Source: a virus (taxonomy: Duplodnaviria; Caudoviricetes). From it: a stretch of DNA of 52,864 nucleotides. The translations under genes were made by a program, and so were the position numbers. The stretch spans positions 1-52,864 of IMG/VR virus record IMGVR_UViG_3300001472_000023. One strand, 5' to 3'. This document shows, in pieces, positions 17,884 through 27,717 of this stretch. Every line of letters begins with the position of its first letter. Position 1 is the stretch's first letter. The notes beneath the pieces were generated by a model. It had not been told where the DNA came from. It did no database searches and saw only the letters and a program-made list of their open reading frames with translations.

Positions 17884-19422
17884 TTAAGTGGTTAATACCA
17901 CAGGGATGTCTTCAACTTCATTTGTCACCACACTAACATCATTGTTATTCATTGAATCAACTATATCCTGTAGGTCGCCTCTCTCTGTTACTTTAAAATT
18001 CTTAATGTGCAGGTTAATAAAATTATTTCTGTTAGAGCCGTCCGGCATCTCTACAGGGTTTATAGCCCTAAGAGCATCTTTACCCAAGTGACGAGCCTTT
18101 AAATTTATTAACTTGTGAGTCCCAAAACGGTCTCCTTCTTGGTGAATTTCATCGGGTATTTTCCTGCGTAGAAGAAATAAATGAGAACAAAATTGAGTGA
18201 TCCCATCAGAAAGCGAGACGACACTTTCATCATCGACAATTGAATCTGCACCCCTGTTCCCCGTTATTCCAAGTCTATTCGCTTGAACAGAGGTCATCAT
18301 TGAAACGCACGGCTTGCCATCAAAACAAAGGTCTCTATGTATTGTCTGTTTGAATTTATGAACCATAGAGGCGACTTGCTGCCATCCGTCCACCTTCCCT
18401 AAATTATTGAAGTCTGTCTTTATGTAATCAAAACTAAAAATCATTTTTTTACCTCGACCCACTTTTGAGTAATAAAATCTCTTCAATAAAGAACACATCT
18501 CATCAGAAGACATACCTGCCACATTTTCATAGTAAAACCTCATGTTTTTTGTTTTACCCCAAGCCTCCCTAACCTTTCGAGTGACTTCTTCAGCAGACCA
18601 TTCGCCATAACTAGAGCTTCTCCATTTACCACTTTGCAGTAAAAATATGGGTATTCCCGTCATAGCTGAGCATTGACGAAAGATCAACTCCTCCTCACTC
18701 ATCTCTCCATTATCAAAGTGTAGGACTGGCACTTCATATTTTGCTGCAGCCCTAGTCGTATAATCCATGCAAAACTGAGTTTTACCTACTCCAGATCTAG
18801 CTACTATAACTGATATATTACCCTCTAATAAAAGAGAGCCATAGATATCATTAATCCTCTGATGTGGACCCATCATCCCAGACTCTTCAACAGGGTTATT
18901 ACCCCTGTCCTCAATGACATCCTCCATTATTTCGAATAGATTTACAGGACCATCCTCATTAAATTCGAATTCCTTTATGCTTTTATTGTAAATTTCATCT
19001 GCCTTATCTACAATCTCAGAGTACTTTAAATTTGGATCAATTTTCTTTACGAATTTAGCTACATCCTTACAAGAATGATAAATTTCGCGCCTCGCCGAAA
19101 ACTTCTTTAGCTCCTTAACCGAAGAAAGGAATATTTCTTCTGTTATCTTATGGTAAACTAAAGAACGGATATACTCAGCTAAATCGATGCTATCTGGGAA
19201 GCTAACCTTAAGTTCATTAAGACGAGGTATTAAAATAATATCATCTATAGTCTCAGCATTATCTAGAGCATTCTTGATTAACTTAAATATAGAAAGATGA
19301 ACTTGAGAATCTTCGCTATAAAAATCCTTCTCATTTAAAAAAATAGAAATTTCAGCCCACTTATGTGGATGTTGTAAGAGACCTTTTAAAACAGTCTTCT
19401 CTAAATCCATGTTGTAAATCAT
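17884..19422 (-). CDS. replicative DNA helicase (DnaB-like SF4)
   Basis: N-terminal EKTVLKGLL..DFY..H; Walker A ARSGVGKT, GEMSEEE, FDYIK, SVQANR, KARH. Confidence 0.88.
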   Translation of the reverse strand: MIYNMDLEKTVLKGLLQHPHKWAEISIFLNEKDFYSEDSQVHLSIFKLIKNALDNAETIDDIILIPRLNELKVSFPDSIDLAEYIRSLVYHKITEEIFLSSVKELKKFSARREIYHSCKDVAKFVKKIDPNLKYSEIVDKADEIYNKSIKEFEFNEDGPVNLFEIMEDVIEDRGNNPVEESGMMGPHQRINDIYGSLLLEGNISVIVARSGVGKTQFCMDYTTRAAAKYEVPVLHFDNGEMSEEELIFRQCSAMTGIPIFLLQSGKWRSSSYGEWSAEEVTRKVREAWGKTKNMRFYYENVAGMSSDEMCSLLKRFYYSKVGRGKKMIFSFDYIKTDFNNLGKVDGWQQVASMVHKFKQTIHRDLCFDGKPCVSMMTSVQANRLGITGNRGADSIVDDESVVSLSDGITQFCSHLFLLRRKIPDEIHQEGDRFGTHKLINLKARHLGKDALRAINPVEMPDGSNRNNFINLHIKNFKVTERGDLQDIVDSMNNNDVSVVTNEVEDIPVVLTT

Positions 19423-19640
19423 GGTCCCACCTCCTTATCGAAAGACAATTCTATCAACTTACTAAGAGCCATATCGACACAAGAATTTTCAGTCTTAGTC
19501 GCTATACTTGGTTGGCCCCGGTCATTAATATAAAACAAGAAAAACCCTTGATTTGCCCCAGATGGGGAACCAGTACAGTCGAATAACTTTGTTAAAATAC
19601 TCGCAGGTAGTGTATTGTCAGTTTGATCTAATATACTCAT
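19419..19640 (-). CDS. hypothetical protein
   Basis: 73-aa ORF overlapping both neighbours by 4 nt. Confidence 0.65.
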   Translation of the reverse strand: MSILDQTDNTLPASILTKLFDCTGSPSGANQGFFLFYINDRGQPSIATKTENSCVDMALSKLIELSFDKEVGP

Positions 19641-20044
19641 ATTATGTCCAACTTCTGGAGAAGCTCTTCGTTAAGCGTATCATTCTCAAGTATCCTTACA
19701 AGCTTAATTTGGTTGATCTCGCAAAAATATTCCTTTTTCTCATCCCTCTGTAGTTGTGAGAGAAAATTTTGCCTAGAGTTAGAATGAAAAAATTTATTAA
19801 ATTTGTAATGCTGATTACCGTCCACTTCTACTGCCACTTTCTTATTAGCATTGTAAAAGTCTATGGTCATTCTTGTGCCAACCACAGGAAGCTCTTCGAA
19901 TACTACATCAGCAACCCAATATTTATATAAAAGATCCTTTACTCTTTTCTGGACCTTACTGCGACAACCTTTATCCCAGTTCACCAGATACTTGCAAGAG
20001 TTTTTTAGCTTTTTCTCTTTGCCATTACTAGTAAGGAATATCAT
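19637..20044 (-). CDS. DUF559/Vsr-like endonuclease
   Basis: IDFY...VAVEVDGNQH...RDEKK...IKLVRI. Confidence 0.8.
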   Translation of the reverse strand: MIFLTSNGKEKKLKNSCKYLVNWDKGCRSKVQKRVKDLLYKYWVADVVFEELPVVGTRMTIDFYNANKKVAVEVDGNQHYKFNKFFHSNSRQNFLSQLQRDEKKEYFCEINQIKLVRILENDTLNEELLQKLDII

Positions 20045-21168
20045 GATAAAATGTTCTCCCTAACAAACTCTTTTAAAGAATTTGTGAGATCGTCATTTTC
20101 CTCCAAAAGAGAGTATAGTGAATTCATCCCCTGATACTTTTCTTTCACCTCGAAACCCCTTTCAGTTAGGAAGGCTATAATTTCTGGATCAATCTTAAAC
20201 CAAGAAGCTGATTTCTCTATATAACTCCACATCAAAAGCATTTCTATTATTTCACGCTCGACCCATATAGACTTACCTCCAGATCGACCATATTTAATAG
20301 GGTACCTAATCCGAAGACCACTACTCTCATTAGTCGATTTTTGGATATGCACTTTAGCATAATGACCTATTATTTTGTTTTCTGGACTTGGCCTAGCCTT
20401 TGGATCTTGAACAATTAAATCCGCTTGATTCCTTTTCTCAAAATTGATAATCCAATCAGGATAATGAAGAGCTGCATTGCCACCGCTAGAATTAGTTTGA
20501 TTGTTCGGATCGCTAGATGCGTATTGGCTCGTCTTAATGGTTGACCGAACCTGAGACACCATAATACACATGTGACCAAACCTACTCATACCAAGACTAA
20601 CCCTCTTTAAGAAATCAGAAGTTAAAGTGGCTCCTGCTGCAACCTTAGCTGCTTCACTAGTACTTTTTTCTAAGTCTCCTTTCGAAAGCAAGCCATCCAT
20701 GCTATCGATGACAATGCAAAATCTTTCTTTATCAGGGTTATTCTTTAGAAGCTCCCTTAGACCATCAAAAACCGTATCATAAATATTACAATCCCAAACA
20801 AGGCAGGTTCCAATATCCCACTTCTCAGGGTCTTGGACGAAGTTAAGCCCAGACCTTTCTTGTATATTTTTAGACAACCGACCTTCTGCTTTTATGTAAA
20901 GACCTTTTGTATTTTCTACTGTCTCCAACATATTCAACATCACATGAAGAGCCTCATTCGTTTTCCCTCCCTCATTACATCCAATAAACCTTTGCAATCC
21001 AGAACTAAGTCCACCTCCCATGCATTGATCAAGAATCATAGATCCAGTAGAAACTAAGTAAGAATCTGCTGACTCTTCGTAGTTGTAATGGAAATCTTTA
21101 TTGGATTTAAAAAACTTCGACATAAACTCTGATGTCCCTACCTTATTCTTACTGCTAACTTTACTCAT
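20041..21168 (-). CDS. RecA/UvsX-like recombinase
   Basis: VSTGSMILD..GGGL, Walker A GCNEGGKT, IVIDS, VSQVR, SGGNA motifs. Confidence 0.85.
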   Translation of the reverse strand: MSKVSSKNKVGTSEFMSKFFKSNKDFHYNYEESADSYLVSTGSMILDQCMGGGLSSGLQRFIGCNEGGKTNEALHVMLNMLETVENTKGLYIKAEGRLSKNIQERSGLNFVQDPEKWDIGTCLVWDCNIYDTVFDGLRELLKNNPDKERFCIVIDSMDGLLSKGDLEKSTSEAAKVAAGATLTSDFLKRVSLGMSRFGHMCIMVSQVRSTIKTSQYASSDPNNQTNSSGGNAALHYPDWIINFEKRNQADLIVQDPKARPSPENKIIGHYAKVHIQKSTNESSGLRIRYPIKYGRSGGKSIWVEREIIEMLLMWSYIEKSASWFKIDPEIIAFLTERGFEVKEKYQGMNSLYSLLEENDDLTNSLKEFVRENILS

Positions 21169-21634
21169 CTAAAAAATCTCTTAGGTTTTTCTTTTTCTTT
21201 ACTTCTCTATCTTCACCAGACTTATGGTCTTGTTCAACCATTTTCTCAGGTTTATCTGGTTTATAATGAAACTCAAGCCTTTTTTTCCTTAAGTAATCCT
21301 TACCCTTTTTCGTCCTAAAGTATCTTATGGAATCAACCATCTTAAAAGGAGGTTTAACCTTCCTTAAAAAATCTAGATCATAATCTACGAACTTAAATAC
21401 TTCATTAGCTATCATCATCTCGAACTGGTAGGGAGAAGGTGTTACCCCGTCCAACATCCTTAGAATGAAGTCTTGCTTGTCCTTGAATGTTTTATTCTTT
21501 ACCTTGGGCGTTTTATTCTTTACCTTGGGCGTTTTTTTTCTTTTTCGCTCAAACTTGTAACCACATGAGCATAAAATCTGAGGACAACCACATACGTTGC
21601 CACATTTAGGACAGGTTTTTTTTCCTTTGGGCAT
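21161..21634 (-). CDS. basic protein with N-terminal zinc ribbon
   Basis: CPKC...CSCG; lysine-rich; internal duplication TPKVKNK x2. Confidence 0.7.
   Translation of the reverse strand: MPKGKKTCPKCGNVCGCPQILCSCGYKFERKRKKTPKVKNKTPKVKNKTFKDKQDFILRMLDGVTPSPYQFEMMIANEVFKFVDYDLDFLRKVKPPFKMVDSIRYFRTKKGKDYLRKKRLEFHYKPDKPEKMVEQDHKSGEDREVKKKKNLRDFLDE
21489..21535 (+). repeat. 21-bp perfect tandem duplication
   Basis: GTTTTATTCTTTACCTTGGGC twice, plus a partial third copy. Confidence 0.85.
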
Positions 21635-21669
21635 GAGATTATCTTAAACTAATCTCATGTCATTATCAA
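21632..21669 (-). promoter_or_regulatory. sigma70-like promoter overlapped by an inverted repeat
   Basis: TTGATA (21669-21664) N17 TAAGAT (21646-21641), 6 nt before ATG 21634; CATGAGATTA-N8-TAATCTCATG at 21632-21659. Confidence 0.6.
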
Positions 21670-22672
21670 CCATTTTTCTTACAAGTCCAACAAAATCTGT
21701 TTTAGGTTCCCAGCCTAAATTTCTCCTAGCTTCCGAAGAGTCCCCCCAAAGCATATCTACTTCAGCAGGTCTATAGAATTTTGGGTTAATCTTCATCAAA
21801 GTCCTGCCTTCATGCACATACTTCTCATCTACACCCTTACCAACCCACTTACACTCTTCTACAGCAAAGCCAGCAAAATTAAACGCTTGTTCTACAAATT
21901 CCCTAATAGTATGAGTTTCATTTGAAGAAAGGACATACTCTCTAGGAGCTTCTTGATTCAACATTAACCAAACACCTTCTACAAAGTCTTCCGCATCACT
22001 CCAATCTCTTTTTGAATCAATATTCCCCAACTCAAGAGGTTTAAAATCATTTAAAATATACTCATTTTTAATACGAGCCACATTCTTTGTTATCTTACGA
22101 GTGACGAACTCTTCTCCACGACGAGTACCTTCATGATTAAACAACCAACCTTGAATAGCGTAAAGGTCGTAAGAATCCCTCCATACTTTTACCATGTGCC
22201 TCGCACTAGCCTTAGAAACACCGTAGGGGCTTCTTGGGCGCAAAGGGTGAAGCTCTGACTGGGGAGAGTATAAAACGTCTCCAAACTCTTCTGAAGAGCC
22301 AGCATTGTAGTAGCGGCAATTAGGACAATGTTTCCTTATAGCCTCTAGTTGATAAAGAACAGCCATTGCGTTTGTCTCCATATGATTAACTGGCATCTTC
22401 CAACTCACACCAACAAAAGAATTAGCAGCGAAATTGATGAAGTAATCTGGCTTGTGCTCTGCTATCACCAGCTCTGTATTAGTTTGATCAGCGACATCTA
22501 AGTCAATAAGTTTGAATCGAGGATTGTCTATTAGATGAGCAATATTATCGTGGTTTTTTACACTTAATCTGCGGACACCAGCTACAATAGTATGCTCAGT
22601 ATTCTTTAAGAGATAATCTGCCATAAAACTACCGTCTTGACCTGTTACCCCTGTAATAATAATCTTTTTCAT
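21644..22672 (-). CDS. gmd: GDP-mannose 4,6-dehydratase
   Basis: ITGVTGQDGS, AANSFV, AGSSEEFG, PRSPYGVSK, FNHE, FVTRKI, GNIDSKRDW, YRPAEV; start ATG 22672. Confidence 0.9.
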   Translation of the reverse strand: MKKIIITGVTGQDGSFMADYLLKNTEHTIVAGVRRLSVKNHDNIAHLIDNPRFKLIDLDVADQTNTELVIAEHKPDYFINFAANSFVGVSWKMPVNHMETNAMAVLYQLEAIRKHCPNCRYYNAGSSEEFGDVLYSPQSELHPLRPRSPYGVSKASARHMVKVWRDSYDLYAIQGWLFNHEGTRRGEEFVTRKITKNVARIKNEYILNDFKPLELGNIDSKRDWSDAEDFVEGVWLMLNQEAPREYVLSSNETHTIREFVEQAFNFAGFAVEECKWVGKGVDEKYVHEGRTLMKINPKFYRPAEVDMLWGDSSEARRNLGWEPKTDFVGLVRKMVDNDMRLV

Positions 22673-23082
22673 ATGATATAGTCGCTGCAAACCCCAAAGC
22701 AATCGTAATATTTAGACCGCCAGTTTCTATCATTATCTACTATAATAGATTTATCGACAACAGGTTTATTGGGGAATGTCCAAATAAAACCTTTAGACGT
22801 TAAGGTGTAACTATCAGAATCATGCCAAAAATAATTTACATTGCTTGAGCAATACTGTAGAGCTTCTGCATTTTTACAATGAACCCAAAGACCTTCTTGA
22901 TCTAGAAACGCAGGATGAATAATATACTCTGGGATATCATGACCCAGAAAAAGTTTACCAAATTCGTACCACAGATCTATTTCACAATCATACCCTAAAC
23001 TTAGAACTTTTTTTATTTGTTCTGGATGGTTTTCTAAATCAGATGGGCCATTTAGATTACCTCTATGGGAAATAACCTTCAT
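22669..23082 (-). CDS. glycerophosphodiester phosphodiesterase-like small protein
   Basis: ISHRGN, EIDLW, LGHD, HCKN, GVCSDY. Confidence 0.7.
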   Translation of the reverse strand: MKVISHRGNLNGPSDLENHPEQIKKVLSLGYDCEIDLWYEFGKLFLGHDIPEYIIHPAFLDQEGLWVHCKNAEALQYCSSNVNYFWHDSDSYTLTSKGFIWTFPNKPVVDKSIIVDNDRNWRSKYYDCFGVCSDYII

Positions 23083-23405
23083 TATCCTACTAAATACTTA
23101 TCCGCAGTATTCGAAGAAGTCCTTATCACAATCAAATGAGTATCTTCGTGAAATTTAGACTCTGATACCATATAAGGATCAATCACGAAAACCTCCCCTT
23201 CTATAAACCTTTCTCCATTTATCTCTACATCACCCTTTGTGACAACATTAATCTCTGTGCTTAATTTATGATAATGGTTCTGAGTTTCACAACCCTTATC
23301 ATACTTATGGTAGCCAACTTCAAAGTCTTGAGTTTTAAAAATGGAAGGCTCAAAGTTTCCAACCAACCACCCATTAACCATATCACCCAACTTATATTTT
23401 TTCAT
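23082..23405 (-). CDS. cupin-fold protein (possible sugar epimerase/isomerase)
   Basis: GWLVGNFEP, HYHKLSTEINVVTKG cupin motif. Confidence 0.75.
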   Translation of the reverse strand: MKKYKLGDMVNGWLVGNFEPSIFKTQDFEVGYHKYDKGCETQNHYHKLSTEINVVTKGDVEINGERFIEGEVFVIDPYMVSESKFHEDTHLIVIRTSSNTADKYLVG

Positions 23406-24567
23406 TGAATTCAGCTTTAGTGATTCTCGGGATATGCCTACCCCCGTCAAAAGAGGTTCTTTCCCAGATATCTACCATGTTTGAAAGCATGCTTGCATCA
23501 ACAACTCTAGATGGTACTGAAAAATAATTAGCACAATTATGTTTTATCGAATATTCTGCTGCGTATTCGTCGTAAACAACAGCGGCTCTTACACCTTTAT
23601 TTTTACTACCCGCTATATTGACTCCTTGCCCAGTCCTACAAAAAGCTATAACATGATCACTGAACCCTCTATTTAGAGCATCTATAGCTTGCCCAACATA
23701 ATCATTGTAATCACAATCTTTATCGACAAAAGTTCCATAATCAACGTAACGGAGACCTCTTTCAGTTAAGATTTTACAAGCTTCATTTTTTAAGTCAAAC
23801 CCAGAATGGTCAGCGCATATTGCTATTGGCTTATCTCCAAATTTAACTAAGGAGTGAGTTAAATAAAACTCTAATTCTTCTGGAGTCCCCATCAAGTGCA
23901 TCTTATTAACCTCATTTATATTTACCTTAGCCCCATCTTTAATCATAAGGTTATAAAGAGGACAGATGTAAAACTCTCCACGAGTCATAATTTCCTGATC
24001 AATCATTTGTTCTGCATACTTCACGAATGAAGCCCCACTACCAAATGTGTAAACGCCAACCGCCGCATTCTCACTGATAACTTCTTTTTCCGCTGTTTTT
24101 GTAACGAAACCCTCGTCATTTAATTTGGCATAACTATAACCATTATTATTACTCTTGAATGTAAGAATCGTTCCATCTACATCTGGTTCTATATCAGTTG
24201 GATCAAAAAAATCTTCGAAGTAAACATCCAATGTGTAAATCATTAATGGATTATCATTATTTATATAATTCTTCGCCATTAAACAAGTTTCTACCGAACC
24301 TCTTGTTACATGATCTAGAATAATTAACTTTATGTCTTCTCCATACTTTTGTTTTAAAATCTTATCTAAAGAGTAATCATTAACGTGGTCTCTCCGCAAA
24401 CAAAAAATTAAATTACACCGATCTTTATTTAAAATTGAACTTAAACTAAGATCAATCATTTGAGTATCACCAACCATAATTAATTGTTTAGGCATCACGT
24501 AACCCTCATCAACAAATCTTTGCCCCCTCCCGGCGATAGGTATTAATATGTTTGTTTTATTTTTCAT
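23392..24567 (-). CDS. sugar-phosphate nucleotidyltransferase fused to RpiB/LacAB isomerase
   Basis: N-terminal IPIAGRGQRF..PKQLI, AEKEVIS, GEFYI, MGTPEEL; C-terminal CADHSGFDLK, DYND, CRTGQG, HNCAN, FDGGRH. Confidence 0.85.
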   Translation of the reverse strand: MKNKTNILIPIAGRGQRFVDEGYVMPKQLIMVGDTQMIDLSLSSILNKDRCNLIFCLRRDHVNDYSLDKILKQKYGEDIKLIILDHVTRGSVETCLMAKNYINNDNPLMIYTLDVYFEDFFDPTDIEPDVDGTILTFKSNNNGYSYAKLNDEGFVTKTAEKEVISENAAVGVYTFGSGASFVKYAEQMIDQEIMTRGEFYICPLYNLMIKDGAKVNINEVNKMHLMGTPEELEFYLTHSLVKFGDKPIAICADHSGFDLKNEACKILTERGLRYVDYGTFVDKDCDYNDYVGQAIDALNRGFSDHVIAFCRTGQGVNIAGSKNKGVRAAVVYDEYAAEYSIKHNCANYFSVPSRVVDASMLSNMVDIWERTSFDGGRHIPRITKAEFNEKI

Positions 24568-25249
24568 TTTTTGATTTGATTAGATTAAATGTTTTTTTAT
24601 GGCTGTCACTTATTATTTTTTCTAAACTAACACCTTTGCTATCAATTAAATAACTTATAACAGCGGCTGCAAACATATCGCCCGCTCCAAGTATATTCGC
24701 ATCAGTTAAAGTTTTTTCAATTTCCGTTTCAAAAAAATCTCCGTTTTTTCTGTAGAAATAACTCCCGTGAGAGTGGTGAACCAAAATGTCCCCTTTGACA
24801 AGTTTTTTCAATTCTTCCACAGGCAACCATAAATCGTCATCAGAAATAAATAACAAATCCACATACTTTAATAACTCAACGTCTTTTAAGCTTAAACCAG
24901 CGCAAATATCCGCAGATACAAATTTACTTTTGGTAGCAACCTCTGAGATAAATCCAGTCTCCTTTAATTGATTTAAATATAAAACATGAGACCAGTCTGA
25001 ATTATGTATGAATGGAATTCTTTTCTTCAAAGAAAGAGATGCTTTAGAAGATCTTCTACTCTTATCCGTATCAACGTAAATTAAAGCTTCTCCTATTTCA
25101 GTAGGCTCTACATGAACTTTATGATTACACACTTGTATCAGAGCATCCCAAACATTAGCTAATCCACCAACAGTTTCATGGATCTTGATCCCATCGAAAA
25201 TAGTATCATGTGTCAGATGGCCATATAAGCTTATTTCAAAATTTTTCAT
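24557..25249 (-). CDS. PfkB/ribokinase-family carbohydrate kinase
   Basis: VGGLANV, DLLFISDDD, LGAGDMFAAA anion-hole motif. Confidence 0.8.
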   Translation of the reverse strand: MKNFEISLYGHLTHDTIFDGIKIHETVGGLANVWDALIQVCNHKVHVEPTEIGEALIYVDTDKSRRSSKASLSLKKRIPFIHNSDWSHVLYLNQLKETGFISEVATKSKFVSADICAGLSLKDVELLKYVDLLFISDDDLWLPVEELKKLVKGDILVHHSHGSYFYRKNGDFFETEIEKTLTDANILGAGDMFAAAVISYLIDSKGVSLEKIISDSHKKTFNLIKSKNEK

Positions 25250-25760
25250 CTTTATCTAAAGCTAAGAAATCATTTAGTAAGAATTTTTTTACAAGACCCC
25301 TAGAAGAGCATACGTTATACAATTCGTCTAAAACATTTTCTCCCCCTTTGCTATGAAGGGTATTCTGATTACCACAAATATCTCTTATCTCGGAAACAGC
25401 GTCTTTAGGGCAAAATTTATAAGAAACTCTTTCCATTATGGGAGCGTCAAATATATCATCTCCTATAAAACACATTGAATCTTCTGTAACGGAGTATTTA
25501 TTCTTAAATTCAGATATAAAAGAAGACTTGCATTTATCGCGAGCATAATAAAAATCTAAATTTCTATTTAAAGCGATAGACTCATTGATATTCTTATCTC
25601 CTGATAAAAATATAACCCTACAAGAAGAAGCTTTAAACTTTTTAATTGCAGAAAAATCCTTGTCACAAAAGGTCTTATACTTAGCTAACCCAGTGTCATC
25701 ATAATACTTTTTACCGTCAGTCAACACTCCGTCTACATCCAATATCAAAAGCTTTATCAT
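25236..25760 (-). CDS. KdsC-like HAD phosphatase
   Basis: LDVDGVLTDG, F..KD, LSG, FIGDDIFD, PKDA, KGG; likely start ATG 25760. Confidence 0.85.
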   Translation of the reverse strand: MIKLLILDVDGVLTDGKKYYDDTGLAKYKTFCDKDFSAIKKFKASSCRVIFLSGDKNINESIALNRNLDFYYARDKCKSSFISEFKNKYSVTEDSMCFIGDDIFDAPIMERVSYKFCPKDAVSEIRDICGNQNTLHSKGGENVLDELYNVCSSRGLVKKFLLNDFLALDKDEKF

Positions 25761-25761
25761 T

Positions 25762-26427
25762 TTATCTTTTTGGGAAGGCTTCATTGCCATCAATTGTTAT
25801 ATGAGCGTTTTCAGACATGTCGCAATTATACCTAATGCAATGGATATCTAAAGAGTCCTTTACTAAGTCTACATTAATAAAACTCATCTTGTCAACCATT
25901 TCCTCATAAGTCCACCCGTTTTTTTTCATTATGTTATAACATAATTGTTTTTCTGGTTGATTAAAATCAGGACCAACTTGACGGTAAGACCATAAATCTA
26001 AAGCGTAATCAAGCCCACTAAATGTAACGAAATCATGCATCTCATGTATGCTTGGTTTGTAATTGAGATACGAGCATAAAGAATCCTCCTTTATCATTTT
26101 TTCAAAAGCCATACGGATAACTCCTTTTTGATTTGTCCATAATAAATCACCTCTAACTTTAACTATCCAAGGTTTATTTATTGCACGAATACCTGCCTCA
26201 GAACTCATGCATTGTAAATTTATATTATTATAACCCTTAAACGATGGGGTTGTATTTAAAATAATAGGGACTTGCTTGGCAACCTCTTTTATATTCTCTA
26301 TTGGCTCATTATCCCAAGTAGACCAAACGTAAGAAAAGCTCTGGTCTAAGTTAGATAAAACCCTTTCGTAGTTATTCGTTGGTCCTTGGATAACTATTCC
26401 GACATCATTTAAATCAAAGTCCCTCAT
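25762..26427 (-). CDS. WavE-like polysaccharide synthesis protein
   Basis: IVIQGP, WSTW, NINLQ..S..G, VKVRGD. Confidence 0.6.
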   Translation of the reverse strand: MRDFDLNDVGIVIQGPTNNYERVLSNLDQSFSYVWSTWDNEPIENIKEVAKQVPIILNTTPSFKGYNNINLQCMSSEAGIRAINKPWIVKVRGDLLWTNQKGVIRMAFEKMIKEDSLCSYLNYKPSIHEMHDFVTFSGLDYALDLWSYRQVGPDFNQPEKQLCYNIMKKNGWTYEEMVDKMSFINVDLVKDSLDIHCIRYNCDMSENAHITIDGNEAFPKR

Positions 26428-27029
26428 ATCTTGTCGTATAATTGATTTTGTTTTTTTTGTTTATCTATATCTTTAACGTGAAGAATACTAAACATGGGGT
26501 CTATTTGAGATTGCCCACCAGAGCGAAACCCCTTTGGGATTTCATGCACCTTACCCTCCCACCTAATGTGGCCTTGAGTGGACATAAATCTTAATTGATA
26601 GTCAGGATAACCTTCCCAACCCATATCATTAATTTGCCAATTAAAATTTTTAATATCTTTTTCTGTAGCACCTCTAACTACATTAATCCGAGGAACAGCA
26701 AATAAATCATATTGACATGACTTAGCTACATTCCTAATTAAATTCAAAAGGGTAAATGGAATTTGCTCATCAGCATCTATTTGGAATAAAAAGGGCTTGG
26801 TAGCATATTTAAATAATTCGTTCTTAAATTCTGCAAAATCATTTTGAAAATCAAAATACTTTAAAGTTAATCCAACATATCCGCAAAAATCTTGTATTTC
26901 CTTCGTTACTTTGTTTTTATCTGCTAAGACAATAACCTCCTCTTCTGGTAAAATATAAGGTTCAAGTGAATTAATTAATCTTTTAAATTCAAAAAACTCG
27001 TCTGCTACAGTTATTCCATAAGTAATCAT
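26424..27029 (-). CDS. glycosyltransferase family 2
   Basis: DFAEFKN, QIDADE, PDYQLR, WEGKVHE. Confidence 0.85.
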   Translation of the reverse strand: MITYGITVADEFFEFKRLINSLEPYILPEEEVIVLADKNKVTKEIQDFCGYVGLTLKYFDFQNDFAEFKNELFKYATKPFLFQIDADEQIPFTLLNLIRNVAKSCQYDLFAVPRINVVRGATEKDIKNFNWQINDMGWEGYPDYQLRFMSTQGHIRWEGKVHEIPKGFRSGGQSQIDPMFSILHVKDIDKQKKQNQLYDKI

Positions 27030-27043
27030 GATACTTGGTGACT

Positions 27044-27703
27044 CTAATCAATATACTTTTTATTTATAAAAATTAAATCAGCTTCCGGGCAAGATACCAA
27101 AGAGCAATCATTTTCATGAATCAACTCAAACCCTAAATCGTTTAAGGCTTTAATATCTTGGTCTTTATTTGTCTGACCTTCATACATCATTTCGATATCT
27201 GTTGAAGACACACAAGACTCCATTTGTATAAAAACAGTTTTTTGTAACCAGTCTCCAGCACTCAAGATACAATCTAAATCATTTCCTTGTGCATCCACTT
27301 TTATATAATCAACTCTATCAAAATCCGTTTTATCTAAAATTGATTTTAAAGTAACACAATCAACTTGTATTTCTCCAGTTTTTGAAATATTGCGCGGTGC
27401 ATACCAACCATCTCTTGACCTATCCCTTACTAAATTTTCTAATTTCATTTTTAATAGGGAATTACAACCCGCTTCATCATAAGTGTTGAAATTAGCCTTC
27501 CCTGTTTTTGTAGAAATTGCAGCCTGAATGAATTTATTGCAAGCGTTCGTTTCATAATTTATTGGATCTATTCCAATTGTATAAAACTTCTTGCCTCGCA
27601 TCTTAAATAAAAACTGGCGTATAAAACCACCTCTATGATGACCAATGTCAACAACATTCAATAAATCTCTTTCTTCTAATACTGTAGATATTAAATTTTC
27701 CAT
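27044..27703 (-). CDS. FkbM-family methyltransferase
   Basis: VDIG..G, IDP, AAIS, TLKS, IKVDAQGND. Confidence 0.8.
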   Translation of the reverse strand: MENLISTVLEERDLLNVVDIGHHRGGFIRQFLFKMRGKKFYTIGIDPINYETNACNKFIQAAISTKTGKANFNTYDEAGCNSLLKMKLENLVRDRSRDGWYAPRNISKTGEIQVDCVTLKSILDKTDFDRVDYIKVDAQGNDLDCILSAGDWLQKTVFIQMESCVSSTDIEMMYEGQTNKDQDIKALNDLGFELIHENDCSLVSCPEADLIFINKKYID

Positions 27704-27717
27704 AATGTTTCAAATAA

